A stretch of 64,000 nucleotides of DNA, taken from Piromyces finnis finn (taxonomy: Eukaryota > Fungi > Neocallimastigomycota). The stretch's first letter is position 1, and every line of letters starts with the position of its first letter. The notes below the pieces were generated by a model. It did not search any database. It was given only the letters and a program-made list of their open reading frames with translations, and was not told the DNA's origin. A program made the translations under genes and the position numbers. The stretch covers positions 124,001 to 188,000 of the forward strand of contig MCFH01000056.1 in the NCBI GenBank assembly GCA_002104945.1, in the 5' to 3' direction. Below, in pieces: positions 12,454 to 23,959 of the stretch.

Positions 12454-14821
12454 TTAGATTTTCTTTAAGAATATCTTATTTGTATATTCAAACATTCTTG
12501 GACCAGGTAGGTCTTTAGTTAAAGGGTCAGCTAGCATTTCTTTAGTGTTTATATATTCTATTTTTATATTGTTCTTTTCTATGTTGTCAATAATGAAATG
12601 GTAGTATATATTTATGTGTTTTAACTTTGTGTTTATTTCACCGTTTTCTATTATTTTCTTACTTGCCTTGTTGTCGGTGAATAAAGTTATATTTTTATTG
12701 TAGTTAAAAATTTCATCTACCATATTTTTAAGCCATAGGATCTTCTTCGTATTCATTGACGTACTGATGTACTCAGCCTCAGCAGTAGACGTAGCCACAC
12801 ATGTTTGTTTCTTTGACAACCAGCATATTGGGCTGTTTCCCATTAAGATTATCCCTCCAGAGGTAGATTTAAAGTCTTCTGCGCCTCCGTAGTCCGAATC
12901 AGTGTATCCTTGGATTTTCCCTTCACCACTGTATTTGATTTTGTAATGTTTTGTAGTGGATAAGTATCTGAAAATGTTTACAATTGTATTCCAGTCAGAT
13001 ACTGTTGGGTTTTCGGATTTTCTTGCAGCTTTATTAACAGCGAAAGCAATATCCGGTCTAGTACTTTTTGATAAGTATATTAATGCACCTATTGCACTTT
13101 TATATTTAGTCCTATCAAAAGGATTATTATTTGAGGTGCTCTTGTCAACTGTTGTACATGGCGTATTTCTTCTACGTACGTTTTCCATATGAAATCTTTG
13201 TAATACATTATTAATGTAATTCTCTTGAGAAATAATGTATTTGGAACCTTTCTTCTCAATCTATATTCCTAGAATATAATTAATGGGACCGCTATTTGAT
13301 ATTTTAAATTTACTTTTAATTTTGCTTATTACCCTCTCTATTGTATTTGTTTTTCCAACTATAACCATGTCGTCTACATATAGACCAATTATACATTTAA
13401 GTATTTGTTTTCTTTTAACGTATATATACATGGTTCGGATTTTAATGGTTTAAAGTTATTATATTTCAGGAATTTATCTATTGTTTTATTCCATTGTCTT
13501 CCTGATTGTTTTAAACCATAAAGAGCTTTATTCAGCTTCCAGTATCCTCCCCCAAAGTTGCTATCTCCAAGCGGAATAGTGGTGTAAATATCCGTATCTA
13601 ATGGAGCATTGAGGTAGGCAGCTTTAATATCAAGCTGAAATATATCCCACTTAAATTTTGCAGCAATAGCAATAATAAATTTTAGACTGTCAATATTTAA
13701 GGTTGGAGAATAGGTTAAGTCAAAATCGATTCTTTGTTTTTGACGGAAACCTCTAGCGACAAGTCTAGCTTTAAAACGTACAATTTTATTATTGCTGTCC
13801 CTTTTAACAGCAAAAACCCATTTGGTAGATATAATATTTTTGTTTTTTGGGATATTTTTAACCAGGGACATAATTTTATTAGAATATAAATTATTCAATT
13901 CATCTTGAATGGCTGCTTTCCAATATTTTGAATTCGTACAAGACATTGCTTCTTTGTACGTAGTGGGAGCATCAGTAAATACGGTAGCTATATATTTGTT
14001 CCTGTGCTTCTTAGGGGTACTGGAATTATTTAGAGAGGTAGGACTGCAAGGCCTTTTTCTTTCAGGATGGGAGGAATCATCAGAATTATCGGCCATGATA
14101 TCATCCATGATATCATTTTCATCTTCCAAGTTTGAATCAGGATCATCCATAGATTTATTGTCGTCCGGGATAAAAGAATGAGAGTCACGTGTAATATCAA
14201 GAGAATCAGAAATTTTTGAATTTAAATTTATGTTATCATTAATATCCATAGTATCTGAGTTGGTAGAATTATCCTGTGTAACATTAGAATTTATGCTAGA
14301 ATTATGACGTGGATTATTTGATTTATCATCCAATAGAATGTTTTCATTTTTATTTTGAATTTTTGAGTCAATTTTTGAAAAATTTTTATTAATAAAAATT
14401 TTTTCACGATGATAAGAAATTGAATATTTAGTAGTATTTTCGCCATTAATTTTGGTATTAGAAATATCTTCAGTGGTGAATTCATCAGTTGAAGAATTAT
14501 TATAATGATCAGGATTTTCAATAATTTTATTTTTGTTTTCATCAGCAGGAGTTTTACCAGAACAAACGTTATCAAAACCAGGAGTTTCAGGAAATTGGTA
14601 TTTATTATTTTTATTGATGTTATTTGAAATTTTACAATTTTTCTTTTTGAAATTGCAATTGTCATTTGCAATTTCTTCTAAAACTTTTAAAATGTCATTT
14701 GTAAATTTAATTTTGACAAATTTCGAATTTGAATTATTATTTTTGTTTTGAGTGTCTTCATTCATGTATAAAGAATTTGTTTTAGAATTGTTCATTAAAT
14801 TACTTTTTGAGCTTTCCATAG
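12454..14821 (-). pseudogene. pol: Copia pol: linker, reverse transcriptase and RNase H (frameshifted near 13389)
   Basis: FKARLVARGF, QLDIKAAYLNA, LNKALYGLKQSGRQW, YVDD at ~13370-13381 in the shifted frame, YTDSDYG, STAEAEY, TDNKAS, MLADPLTK. Confidence 0.9.
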
Positions 14822-15463
14822 TGTAATGTTGAACACTGAAAGAATAGATTAGGATATCTATTCTATTACAATAACACAAAAATTTGAAAAAATAAAATAA
14901 AAAATTGTTTTATAAAATATCTTTTATTATAATAGAATTTTAATAATAACAATTACATCGATAAAATGATGAAAAATATCTTCTATTTATATTTTTCCTA
15001 AATACATTTATATTATATTATAACTATTTATTTCTTATATATTATTATTTAAAATCTACACTAAAATCTTAATTATTAATAAATATTTAAACTATAACTA
15101 TTTTTAGTAAAATACAATTGGCAATTCAAATTAAGTACCATTTAATTTGAATATGTGCCCATGTATTATTGATATATTAATCATTTATTATTGATCTATT
15201 TCTAAAAAAAAACAATACTAAAACTAGGTATTTAAATTGAGAATATTAATTTACTTGTTAAACATTAAAAATAAATTAATAATTTATTTTGTTTTAAACT
15301 TTAATTATTAATAAATAAATTATGTCTCATTTTCTTTTTCTGAATATAATTTGTGTAACTTAAACAATAATACTTGTGGCTTAAGTTACATTAAAGATAT
15401 CAAACAGAGGCGTTTGATATCTTTACAATCTCTCTCTCTAAGTCGAGCTCCTGCGAGATTAAT

Positions 15464-18400
15464 TTATAAGGAATCTTTTCTCGAAGGAATTTCAATTACA
15501 AATGGTTGGTATCTGTGCTTGATTAGATTACCAACTTTATTCTTTCTAATTTTCATGGAGGAGTCGTTCGACTTATATTTTGACTTTTTAGAGTTTCTTT
15601 CAAACTCTTGTATTAATTGTTTATCTGGAATCTGATCTTCAGAAATCCAAGTGGATTTGTCAAATCCTTTCCATGATAACTTATAAAATGTTTCACCATT
15701 AACAGATTTCATCTTTTCAATTTTCTCTGGAATTTTTTCAATTAAATCTGTGTTAAGGTGAATGTTCCTCTTCCTACGATTAGACCTGTCGTTAAACTTG
15801 TTTTCAAAGTATGGTTCTAACAATGAAACATGAAAGACTGGATGACATCTCATTGTCTTTGGAAGTTTCAATTTGAAAGCAAGAGAACTAACTTTTTCAA
15901 TTATCTCAAATGGGCCAAGCATTTGAGGTGCTAATTTTCTCTTTAGGTTAGTTCCAGGAGAATCTTTCAATAACCATACCTTCTTTCCCACTTCGAACTC
16001 CGGGGGAATCATTCTCTTCATATCGGCATATTTCTTATATGTTTCTTTTGCTTTTTCTAAGTTTTCTTTTAATAATTTAAAGTTTTCATTCATATCAATT
16101 ACTCTTTGTTCAGCTCTACTAGGTCTATCATTAGCTGGAATTTCTAAGCTGAACTTTGGATGAAAACCATAATTAGCAAAGAATGGGGATTGATTTATAG
16201 ATTGTTGTAAAGTATTATTATATGCAAATTCAGCAAATGGGATAAGATCAACCCAGTTATTCTGCTTTTTATTTATAAAACAACGGAAATATTGTTCTAA
16301 TATGCCGTTCACCCTCTCCGTTTGACCATCTGTCTGCGAATGGTTGGCAGTTGATAATGAATGATTGATATTAAGAAGGTCACAAAGTCTTGACCAAAAG
16401 TCAGAAGTAAATTGCGAGCCTCTATCAGAAATGATAGAATCAGGAAGACCATGCAAACGGAAGACATTAGCAATAAAAGCATCAGCAGCAATCGAAGCAG
16501 TAGGAAGACAACGTAAAGGAATGGCGTGAGCAAATTTAGTAAATCTATCGACAACAACCATGAGAGTTGTCATATCTCTGGACTTAGGAAGATCAACAAT
16601 AAAATCAATAGAAATATCAGACCAGGGCCTACTGGGAGTGTCCAAAGGGGATAACAATCCATAAGGCTTATGTCTGGGGACTTTGGATTTGCAACAAGTC
16701 ACGCAAGATTTGATAAAAGATTTAACGTCTGAATGAAACCTTGGCCACCAAAAGTTTCTGGAGATCAGTTCAGTGGTTTTCTTAATACCGAAATGACCAG
16801 CAGCAACAGAATCATGATGAAGTTCCAAAACTCTTGTCCTAAGAGATTTAGGAACATAAATAAGATTATTATATAACAAAAATCCTTCATTATCAATAAT
16901 AACTTTATCAATATTTTTAATAGGTGCATTACATGCAGAACCATTCATTTTAAATTGGACAATAGAATTATACAAATCGTCATTTTTAAGTTCTAATAAA
17001 ATAGAATCGATTAACGGTTTGTTATCGCTATGATGAAACGAAATAGTAAGACAAGAAACATCAGAATTAATATTATTCTCTACATGGTCACTTCTACGAG
17101 ACAGGATATCAGGCTTACCGGATTTCTTTCCAGCTCTATAAATGAGTTTAAAATCAAATCTGGATAAGAACAAATTCCATCTAATTTGTCTCTGAGATAA
17201 CATTTCAGGTTTTCTAGGAAATGTTAAATTCTTGTGATCAGTATAAATTATGAACGGATGGCGTGCACCTTCTAAATAATGACGCCATTCTTCAAGAGCA
17301 ACTACAATAGCTAAAAGTTCCTTGTCATATATAGGATAGTTTCTTTGACAACTCGTCAAACTTTTAGAAAGAAATGCAATAGGATGTAATTTGCCATCAA
17401 ATTCTTGAGAGAGAATAGCACCGACAGCATAATTACTAGCATCAGTTTCTACAATAAATTGTTTATTACTATCCGCATGTTTCAGAATAGGAGCTGACGT
17501 GAACAGAGATTTTAATAAAATAAAAGCGTCCTGATCTTCTTTCACCCAGTTAAAAGCAACATTCTTTCTAGTGAGTTTGTGAAGAGGGTTTGCAATTTTA
17601 GCAAAGTCTTTAATAAAAATTCTGTAATAGTTGCATAAACCAATAAAAGACTGAACCTCTTTAACATTCTTGGGAACCGGCCAATCGAGAATTGCTTTAA
17701 CTTTATTTTCATCCATTTGCAATCCATCCTTTGAAATGACATAACCAAGAAAAGTGGTTTTCTCAACATCAAACTCACATTTTTCTAATTTAACATAAAG
17801 ATTATTTTCAAGTAGTTTCTTAAGTACCTTTTTAACATGCTCATGATGTTCTTCGATATTATTAGAATAAATAAGAATATCATCAATATATGAGATAACA
17901 AAATCGTCTAAATAGTCACTAAGGACATCGTTAATGAAGTGTTGAAAAGTTGCAGGTGCATTCTTTAATCCAAAAGGCATAACCAGATATTCAAAATGTC
18001 CATATCTAGTACGAAAAGCCGTTTTGTATTCATCACCTTCTTTAATACGAACAAGATTATAAGCGGATTTAAGGTCTAATTTAGTAAAAATCTTAGCATT
18101 TTTCACCCTATCCAAAAGGTCACTAATTAAAGGTAAAGGATATGAATTACGAATGGTAATATCATTCAACTTTCTATAATCGATACAAAGTCTTAGGGAG
18201 CCATCCTTCTTTTTAACAAATAAAATTGGGGCACCAGCAGGAGACGATGATTTCCTAATAAAACCTTTATTTAAATTATCATCAATATATTTTTTAAGTT
18301 CCTCTCTTTCAACTTCAGTTAATGGATACAAAGGTCCATAAAATAAAGTCGAATCATCTTTAAGTTTGATTTCACAATCATAAGGTCTATGAGGAGGTAA

Positions 18401-20056
18401 CACTTCACAATTTTTTTCATTAAACACTTCACTAAATTCTAAATATTTGGTTGGTACGGCGACCAATTTATCTTTATTAATATCTTTTCCATTATTATTA
18501 TTATTACTACATGATTCGTTATCATTATTACATGTTTCATTAATTTTTGTTACAATACATTTAACTTTTTTATTAAAACTAATATATTCATCATCGCTAT
18601 CATCTTCATCATTGATGGTTCTAACAAGGCGGCCTTTAACATATTCTTTTTCTTCATTTTTTGGGACAGAGGGATCTACTTTCGGCTTTTTGGTCAAGCT
18701 TCGGTCGAGAACATCATGATCTAACTGATCATTCTTTGACTTCTTTCTTGGTTTTCTCTTTCTTTTGCCTTTATTACAATGTCTGGCACAATAACCAGAA
18801 CTAAAAGCGATTTTCTTAGAGTCGTAGAAAGCATTTGGATTATGCTTCTTTATCCACGGCAAACCAAGAATAACATCAACACCGGGGACTTGTAATCCAT
18901 AAAGTTGAATTACTTCGAAGTGATTTTTGCAACGGAGCATGCACTTCTCAGTCCTTTCCCAAACACTAACAACTCCATCACTAACACCAGATACACGGAA
19001 TGGTTCTACTTTTTCCAAATTAATACCAAGGTCTTCAGCAAGACTTGGATTAATGAAATTTAATTCAGAACCGGAATCAATTAAAACCTTAATTTTAACT
19101 TCCGAAACTTCATTGGTACTCAAGTAAAAATCCACAAGGTTTAAATCACTTTTCACTCCCTTGACTCCAACTTTGTAAATTTTTGGATTAACAATTTTTG
19201 GAGTCCTTTCTTTAACAATTCTTAACACTTTTCTGGGCTTTACTCTATTAGGACAATTAAATTTTAAATGTCCCGGTTGTTTACAAAGAAAACATAACCC
19301 TTTTTTCTTTTCTTCTTCAAAGTTATCTATGTTTTCATTGTAATTTTTACTTGATCCTTGAATATTCACATACCTTTTTCGTTTATTCTCTCTACTAATT
19401 TTAAATACATCCACATCCATAGGATCATTAGCCCTTCTACCATTAAAATAAAATTCACTTAAAGAATTCCTTTTCATCATATCTTCAACTAAAATAGTTG
19501 AAGAAATCAATTGTTCAATTGAAGTTGGGTTTGATTCAATGAAAGCCAACTTCTCCCTAAGTGGTGGTAATAAACCTTTCAGAAACATGTAGATTTTTGC
19601 GCTATCATTAAAGCTTGAATTTTGGCTAATACGTTGAAACTCGGTAATGTAATCTAATACCTGACCAAGTTTCCTTTGGCGAAGATTATCTAATTTACCG
19701 TTAGCTACAACGGTATCGTATCTATAACTGCCAAAATTAGCCTTCAACCTATCTACAAATTCATCATAATGGTTTAAAACCCCACTATTATTCTTCATCA
19801 ACACTGAAGCCCATTCCAAAGGTTTACCAGAAAAGTATGATATAACGAAGTCGACCTTGACTCGATCTGTATTATACAGTGTCGGTCGAGTACGAAATAC
19901 CAACTCCACTCTAGTTAAAAATCCATCCAATTCTCTTTGTTTACCAGAAAATGTCGGTGGAGCATTAATAATGTTCCCCGAGTTCCCGGAAACACCCACA
20001 TTCCTATCACCCATTTCTAAATTTAAATTTTCAAACTCACTAATTAAATCCTCCAA
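15464..20056 (-). CDS. gag-pol: A1 single-ORF Gag-Pol (Gag, CCHC, PR, RT, RH, IN, chromodomain)
   Basis: CFLCKQPGHLKFNC; LIDSGS; YIDDILIYS; ETDASNYAVG; H-H-C-C zinc finger; SIDF/ISDRG/ERVN DDE; GPF; LSWKGF..STW. ORF opens at TTG 20056; first ATG at 20014. Confidence 0.95.
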   Translation of the reverse strand: MEDLISEFENLNLEMGDRNVGVSGNSGNIINAPPTFSGKQRELDGFLTRVELVFRTRPTLYNTDRVKVDFVISYFSGKPLEWASVLMKNNSGVLNHYDEFVDRLKANFGSYRYDTVVANGKLDNLRQRKLGQVLDYITEFQRISQNSSFNDSAKIYMFLKGLLPPLREKLAFIESNPTSIEQLISSTILVEDMMKRNSLSEFYFNGRRANDPMDVDVFKISRENKRKRYVNIQGSSKNYNENIDNFEEEKKKGLCFLCKQPGHLKFNCPNRVKPRKVLRIVKERTPKIVNPKIYKVGVKGVKSDLNLVDFYLSTNEVSEVKIKVLIDSGSELNFINPSLAEDLGINLEKVEPFRVSGVSDGVVSVWERTEKCMLRCKNHFEVIQLYGLQVPGVDVILGLPWIKKHNPNAFYDSKKIAFSSGYCARHCNKGKRKRKPRKKSKNDQLDHDVLDRSLTKKPKVDPSVPKNEEKEYVKGRLVRTINDEDDSDDEYISFNKKVKCIVTKINETCNNDNESCSNNNNNGKDINKDKLVAVPTKYLEFSEVFNEKNCEVLPPHRPYDCEIKLKDDSTLFYGPLYPLTEVEREELKKYIDDNLNKGFIRKSSSPAGAPILFVKKKDGSLRLCIDYRKLNDITIRNSYPLPLISDLLDRVKNAKIFTKLDLKSAYNLVRIKEGDEYKTAFRTRYGHFEYLVMPFGLKNAPATFQHFINDVLSDYLDDFVISYIDDILIYSNNIEEHHEHVKKVLKKLLENNLYVKLEKCEFDVEKTTFLGYVISKDGLQMDENKVKAILDWPVPKNVKEVQSFIGLCNYYRIFIKDFAKIANPLHKLTRKNVAFNWVKEDQDAFILLKSLFTSAPILKHADSNKQFIVETDASNYAVGAILSQEFDGKLHPIAFLSKSLTSCQRNYPIYDKELLAIVVALEEWRHYLEGARHPFIIYTDHKNLTFPRKPEMLSQRQIRWNLFLSRFDFKLIYRAGKKSGKPDILSRRSDHVENNINSDVSCLTISFHHSDNKPLIDSILLELKNDDLYNSIVQFKMNGSACNAPIKNIDKVIIDNEGFLLYNNLIYVPKSLRTRVLELHHDSVAAGHFGIKKTTELISRNFWWPRFHSDVKSFIKSCVTCCKSKVPRHKPYGLLSPLDTPSRPWSDISIDFIVDLPKSRDMTTLMVVVDRFTKFAHAIPLRCLPTASIAADAFIANVFRLHGLPDSIISDRGSQFTSDFWSRLCDLLNINHSLSTANHSQTDGQTERVNGILEQYFRCFINKKQNNWVDLIPFAEFAYNNTLQQSINQSPFFANYGFHPKFSLEIPANDRPSRAEQRVIDMNENFKLLKENLEKAKETYKKYADMKRMIPPEFEVGKKVWLLKDSPGTNLKRKLAPQMLGPFEIIEKVSSLAFKLKLPKTMRCHPVFHVSLLEPYFENKFNDRSNRRKRNIHLNTDLIEKIPEKIEKMKSVNGETFYKLSWKGFDKSTWISEDQIPDKQLIQEFERNSKKSKYKSNDSSMKIRKNKVGNLIKHRYQPFVIEIPSRKDSL

Positions 20057-20582
20057 TTCAAAATATAATATATAATATAAAATTAAAATGGTTTCTTACT
20101 ACTATTTCAAGTAAGTAATCTTAAATTTTTTTTTTTTTTTTAATTACACTACTACAATTTATCCTAATACAAAAGTTATTCAAACGCGTTCTGCAAAGCA
20201 GTGTCGAACAAGTTTTGTATTACTAATTAATATTGGTTAATTCTTCTTTCTTCTTGCACTCGGTGGTAGTTTCTAATTCTAACCAGTAGTCAAAATTTCT
20301 TCTTTCTTTTTATTCGGCGGTAGTTTCCAATTCTAACCAGTAATTAAAGTTCTTTCTTGCTTTTTGTACCCGGCGGTAGATACCCTAACGTATTCTCTAT
20401 CTTCGTTGGGTAATTGTTATTGTAATGTTGAACACTGAAAGAATAGATTAGGATATCTATTCTATTACAATAACACAAAAATTTGAAAAAATAAAATAAA
20501 AAATTGTTTTATAAAATATCTTTTATTATAATAGAATTTTAATAATAACAATTACATCGATAAAATGATGAAAAATATCTTC

Positions 20583-20590
20583 TATTTATA
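20583..20590 (-). promoter_or_regulatory. LTR TATA box (TATAAATA) of family A, with equivalents at 40216-40223 (E) and 45599-45606 (F)
   Basis: Lies 28 nt upstream of the predicted transcript start/self-primer in A and E, and at the matching position in F. Confidence 0.7.
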
Positions 20591-21026
20591 TTTTTCCTAA
20601 ATACATTTATATTATATTATAACTATTTATTTCTTATATATTATTATTTAAAATCTACACTAAAATCTTAATTATTAATAAATATTTAAACTATAACTAT
20701 TTTTAGTAAAATACAATTGGCAATTCAAATTAAGTACCATTTAATTTGAATATGTGCCCATGTATTATTGATATATTAATCATTTATTATTGATCTATTT
20801 CTAAAAAAAAACAATACTAAAACTAGGTATTTAAATTGAGAATATTAATTTACTTGTTAAACATTAAAAATAAATTAATAATTTATTTTGTTTTAAACTT
20901 TAATTATTAATAAATAAATTATGTCTCATTTTCTTTTTCTGAATATAATTTGTGTAACTTAAACAATAATACTTGTGGCTTAAGTTACATTAAAGATATC
21001 AAACAGAGGCGTTTGATATCTTTACA

Positions 21027-23959
21027 CATAGTTTGAGGAATAATATTAGTCTTTTTGTTATTTTCTTCCTCTTTCCTTTCAGTTCTTTCGTTGTAAGTTA
21101 AATTTTTATCAACCAGGTCCTCGTCCATAGTAGTTATATTGTCTTCATTTACCATTTTTCTTCTATTTCTTCTTCATTTACTTCTTCTTCTATTACTTCT
21201 TCTCCATTGTTTTTAAAGTGGAAATCCTTCTTGGAGGTAGTCCTTTCTGTATTATTGTTTTGTTTATTTTTATTTGAATTTATATCCGTAGTGTTGTTGT
21301 TCTTGCTGTCAACAACTTTCTCTTTTACACCTTCCATGTTATTGTTCTTCGATGAGTCTGAGGATATCATACTGTCGTAATTATTAATATTATATGAATC
21401 ATTGAAAGAGAAATACGAATCGTTTATATTTTTTCTTTTATAGGTGTATTGTGCCGGCTTATCTTCGCAGCATTCTATTTCTCTAGAATAGTGAATTTTA
21501 AGTTTATCACCACATATCTCCATGACGATATATGAGTGATGTGTTTCACTGAACCCAAGAAATATTCCTTCCTTTGAGTTTGGCGCAAATTTTGACCTTT
21601 TAAGAGAATAGTCCTTAAAGTAGCATATGCATCCAAATACCTTTAGATATTTTAGATCTGCTTCCTCGTTGGTAAATACTTCGTCAGGGATTAAATTATT
21701 GTTTCCTTGGTGTGGTATTTTGTTGTAAATATAACAAGAATATTTTACAGCAAAACTCCAAAAGTCTTCAGATAATTTAGCCCAATATAAAAGTGTTTTA
21801 GCAGAATTTTGAATAGTCTGATTTATTCTTTCTGCTTTACCATTTAATTCATGTACGTAAGGAGGTGAGTTTATCTTAGATATACCGTTTTCTTTACAAT
21901 ATTTTATAACTTTACTACTGTTATATTCTTTTGCACCATCTGTCTTGAATGTTTTGACTTTATATTTGTCAAAAGTGTTATTGACATTCTTTAGGAATTC
22001 AATAATGATGTCAGGTGCTTCAGATCTTGACTTGAGAGTGTAAATCCAAAGTTTTCTTGAATATTCATCCAGCATAGTCATAAAATATTTCTTATTGTTT
22101 ACGGATGAATTAAACGGGCCTGAAATATCGGAGTGAATAGTCTCTAGAACTCTTCTGGCTTTAGGTACGGTTTTGTTGTGGGGAGACTTCTTCATTTTTG
22201 ATATTTTGCAGTCTAGGCAAGGCGTTACTTTAATTTTATGTTGATTTAGATATTTCTTCAGATCCTTCTGGTAGAAATGGCCTAATCTCTTATGCCATAT
22301 ATCTAAATCATCTTCAAAATTTGCAATAAATGGTTCGTTTTTCTTTTTATTAATGTTTATGAGTTTAATTCATTTGAGTATGTTTGCATTACATTTTTAT
22401 TTTCAGAGTCCTTGAAAATAAGTCTGACTTTCCCATCGTCAGTAATATCTATAATGCTTCTTAAACCAACTTTAGCAAGTCCTACACCACTAATTAAATT
22501 CTTGCTAACTTTATCTGAATACAAAACTTTTTCTAACTTGTAAGTTTTGTCTTTTATCTTAAACTCATATGAACCATAACCACTAAATTCACAGGTAGTT
22601 CCATTTGCACATCTTAGTTGGATGTGTTCTTCTGTGAAGTTCTGCAGAATGTCCTAATTATTAATGATATGTTCAGCGGCACCAGTATCATAGAACCATT
22701 CGTCGTATTTATTTTCTCCATACACATAATCTATATTCTTTGCATTAGGAGATTCTTCTTTTGTAGCTTCATCTTTTTCAATAAGGTAGATACTTCTTTC
22801 CGTTAAAGGCCTGATATCTTCAAATTCTACGTTAATGCCGTAACTTTCGTTGTCGTCGTAGTTTTCGACGAAATCTACTTCTTGTTCGAATTTCTTTTGT
22901 TGTTTTTTCTTGTGAACTTGCCTCCCTTGTTGTGAATTTCTTTTAGATTTGTTTTGGTTATAGGCCTTATTATTACTGTTTCTTCTTTGTTCTCTTTTCA
23001 TTTTGGCCTTTTGATTATATTCACACATTTCGGTGGAGTGACCATGTTCACAGCAGATATGACAGTAGGTACGGTGGCTTCTATTTATGTTTCTTCTGTT
23101 ACCGTAACTTTTATTCTTTGTTGATTTGTTTTCTCTACTAACAAAATCAACATCCATTGGATCATCAACTTCGTCATCTTCATCTTGGTCATTGTTGATC
23201 CAATCCTCGAAGTAGGATTTGGCATTGATGTAACTTTTGACCTTCTCGTAGAGTTGATCAGAAGTTTCATCTAAAGTTACATTCAATTGGTTCTTGACAC
23301 TTCGTGGAAGGGAATTGTACATATATTTCAACTTTTCCCTTTCACTTAAGGACATTCTTTGTTCAGACATCTCAAGGAAGATTTCCTTGACATTATCAAT
23401 GGTTTTACTGACTTTGCTTACATCTTCAGTATGTAATTTTCTTAACTTTTTTAGCCAGTATTCGATGTCTGCATTAGCGTTACCGTATTTTGTATTCAAC
23501 TTCTTGAATACTTGGTAACAGCTAGTATTATGACCAATCTCTCTGAGGATCTTCTCATCCACATTTTGAATGATCATAAGGTGTGCATCAGCATTAAGAC
23601 TTTCAGCTGCTGATACTATCTCGGCCTTATAAATTGGCGACTACAACATTAATGTTATTAATGTTGCTGCTTGGGTTTGTGTCCTCCCCAATAGCTTTAG
23701 TGAAGGTTTTGTAAACGGACGCGAGTAAGTTATTAGTACGGTAGTTAGCAATAATTTTTACAATAGCCATAGTGTAAACATCTTTAAGATTAAAGTCTAT
23801 CTCAAAGCTGTCGTCTTTGATGGTTCCAACAATGTCATAATCAAGATAGCTAGTTAGACCCTGTCTAGAAGCAGCTGACTTGATTAAAAGACTCCAAGTG
23901 TCAAAGTTGGATTTTCCATGAAGACGTTGATTATTGGCTAAAATTAATTGCTGGGACAT
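21027..23959 (-). pseudogene. gag-pol: Copia gag, protease and integrase (frameshift near 23630, in-frame TAG at 22654, frameshift near 21150)
   Basis: CCHC knuckle CHICCEHGHSTEMC; protease WFYDTGAAEHI; WHKRLGH...CLDC zinc finger; IHSDISGP, FKTDGAKEY, NGKAERINQT. Confidence 0.88.

Larger units (their letters stand above)
14822..21026 (-). mobile_element. Full-length chromoviral Ty3/gypsy element A1
   Basis: 606-bp LTRs at 14822-15427 and 20421-21026, no differences seen by eye; TSD CATAG at 14817-14821 and 21027-21031; PPT AGAGAGAGAGAT before the 3' LTR; one intact ORF. Confidence 0.97.

Noticed and set aside
14822-15427. The ~606-bp repeat as a MITE or Helitron because of its terminal hairpin
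   Set aside because: It occurs as paired direct repeats around gag-pol with TG..CA ends, PPT, PBS and 5-bp TSDs, so it is an LTR.
23620-23645. Programmed +1 frameshift in copia gag
   Set aside because: It falls mid-gag in an element with several other lesions; a 1-nt indel or sequencing error explains it more simply.
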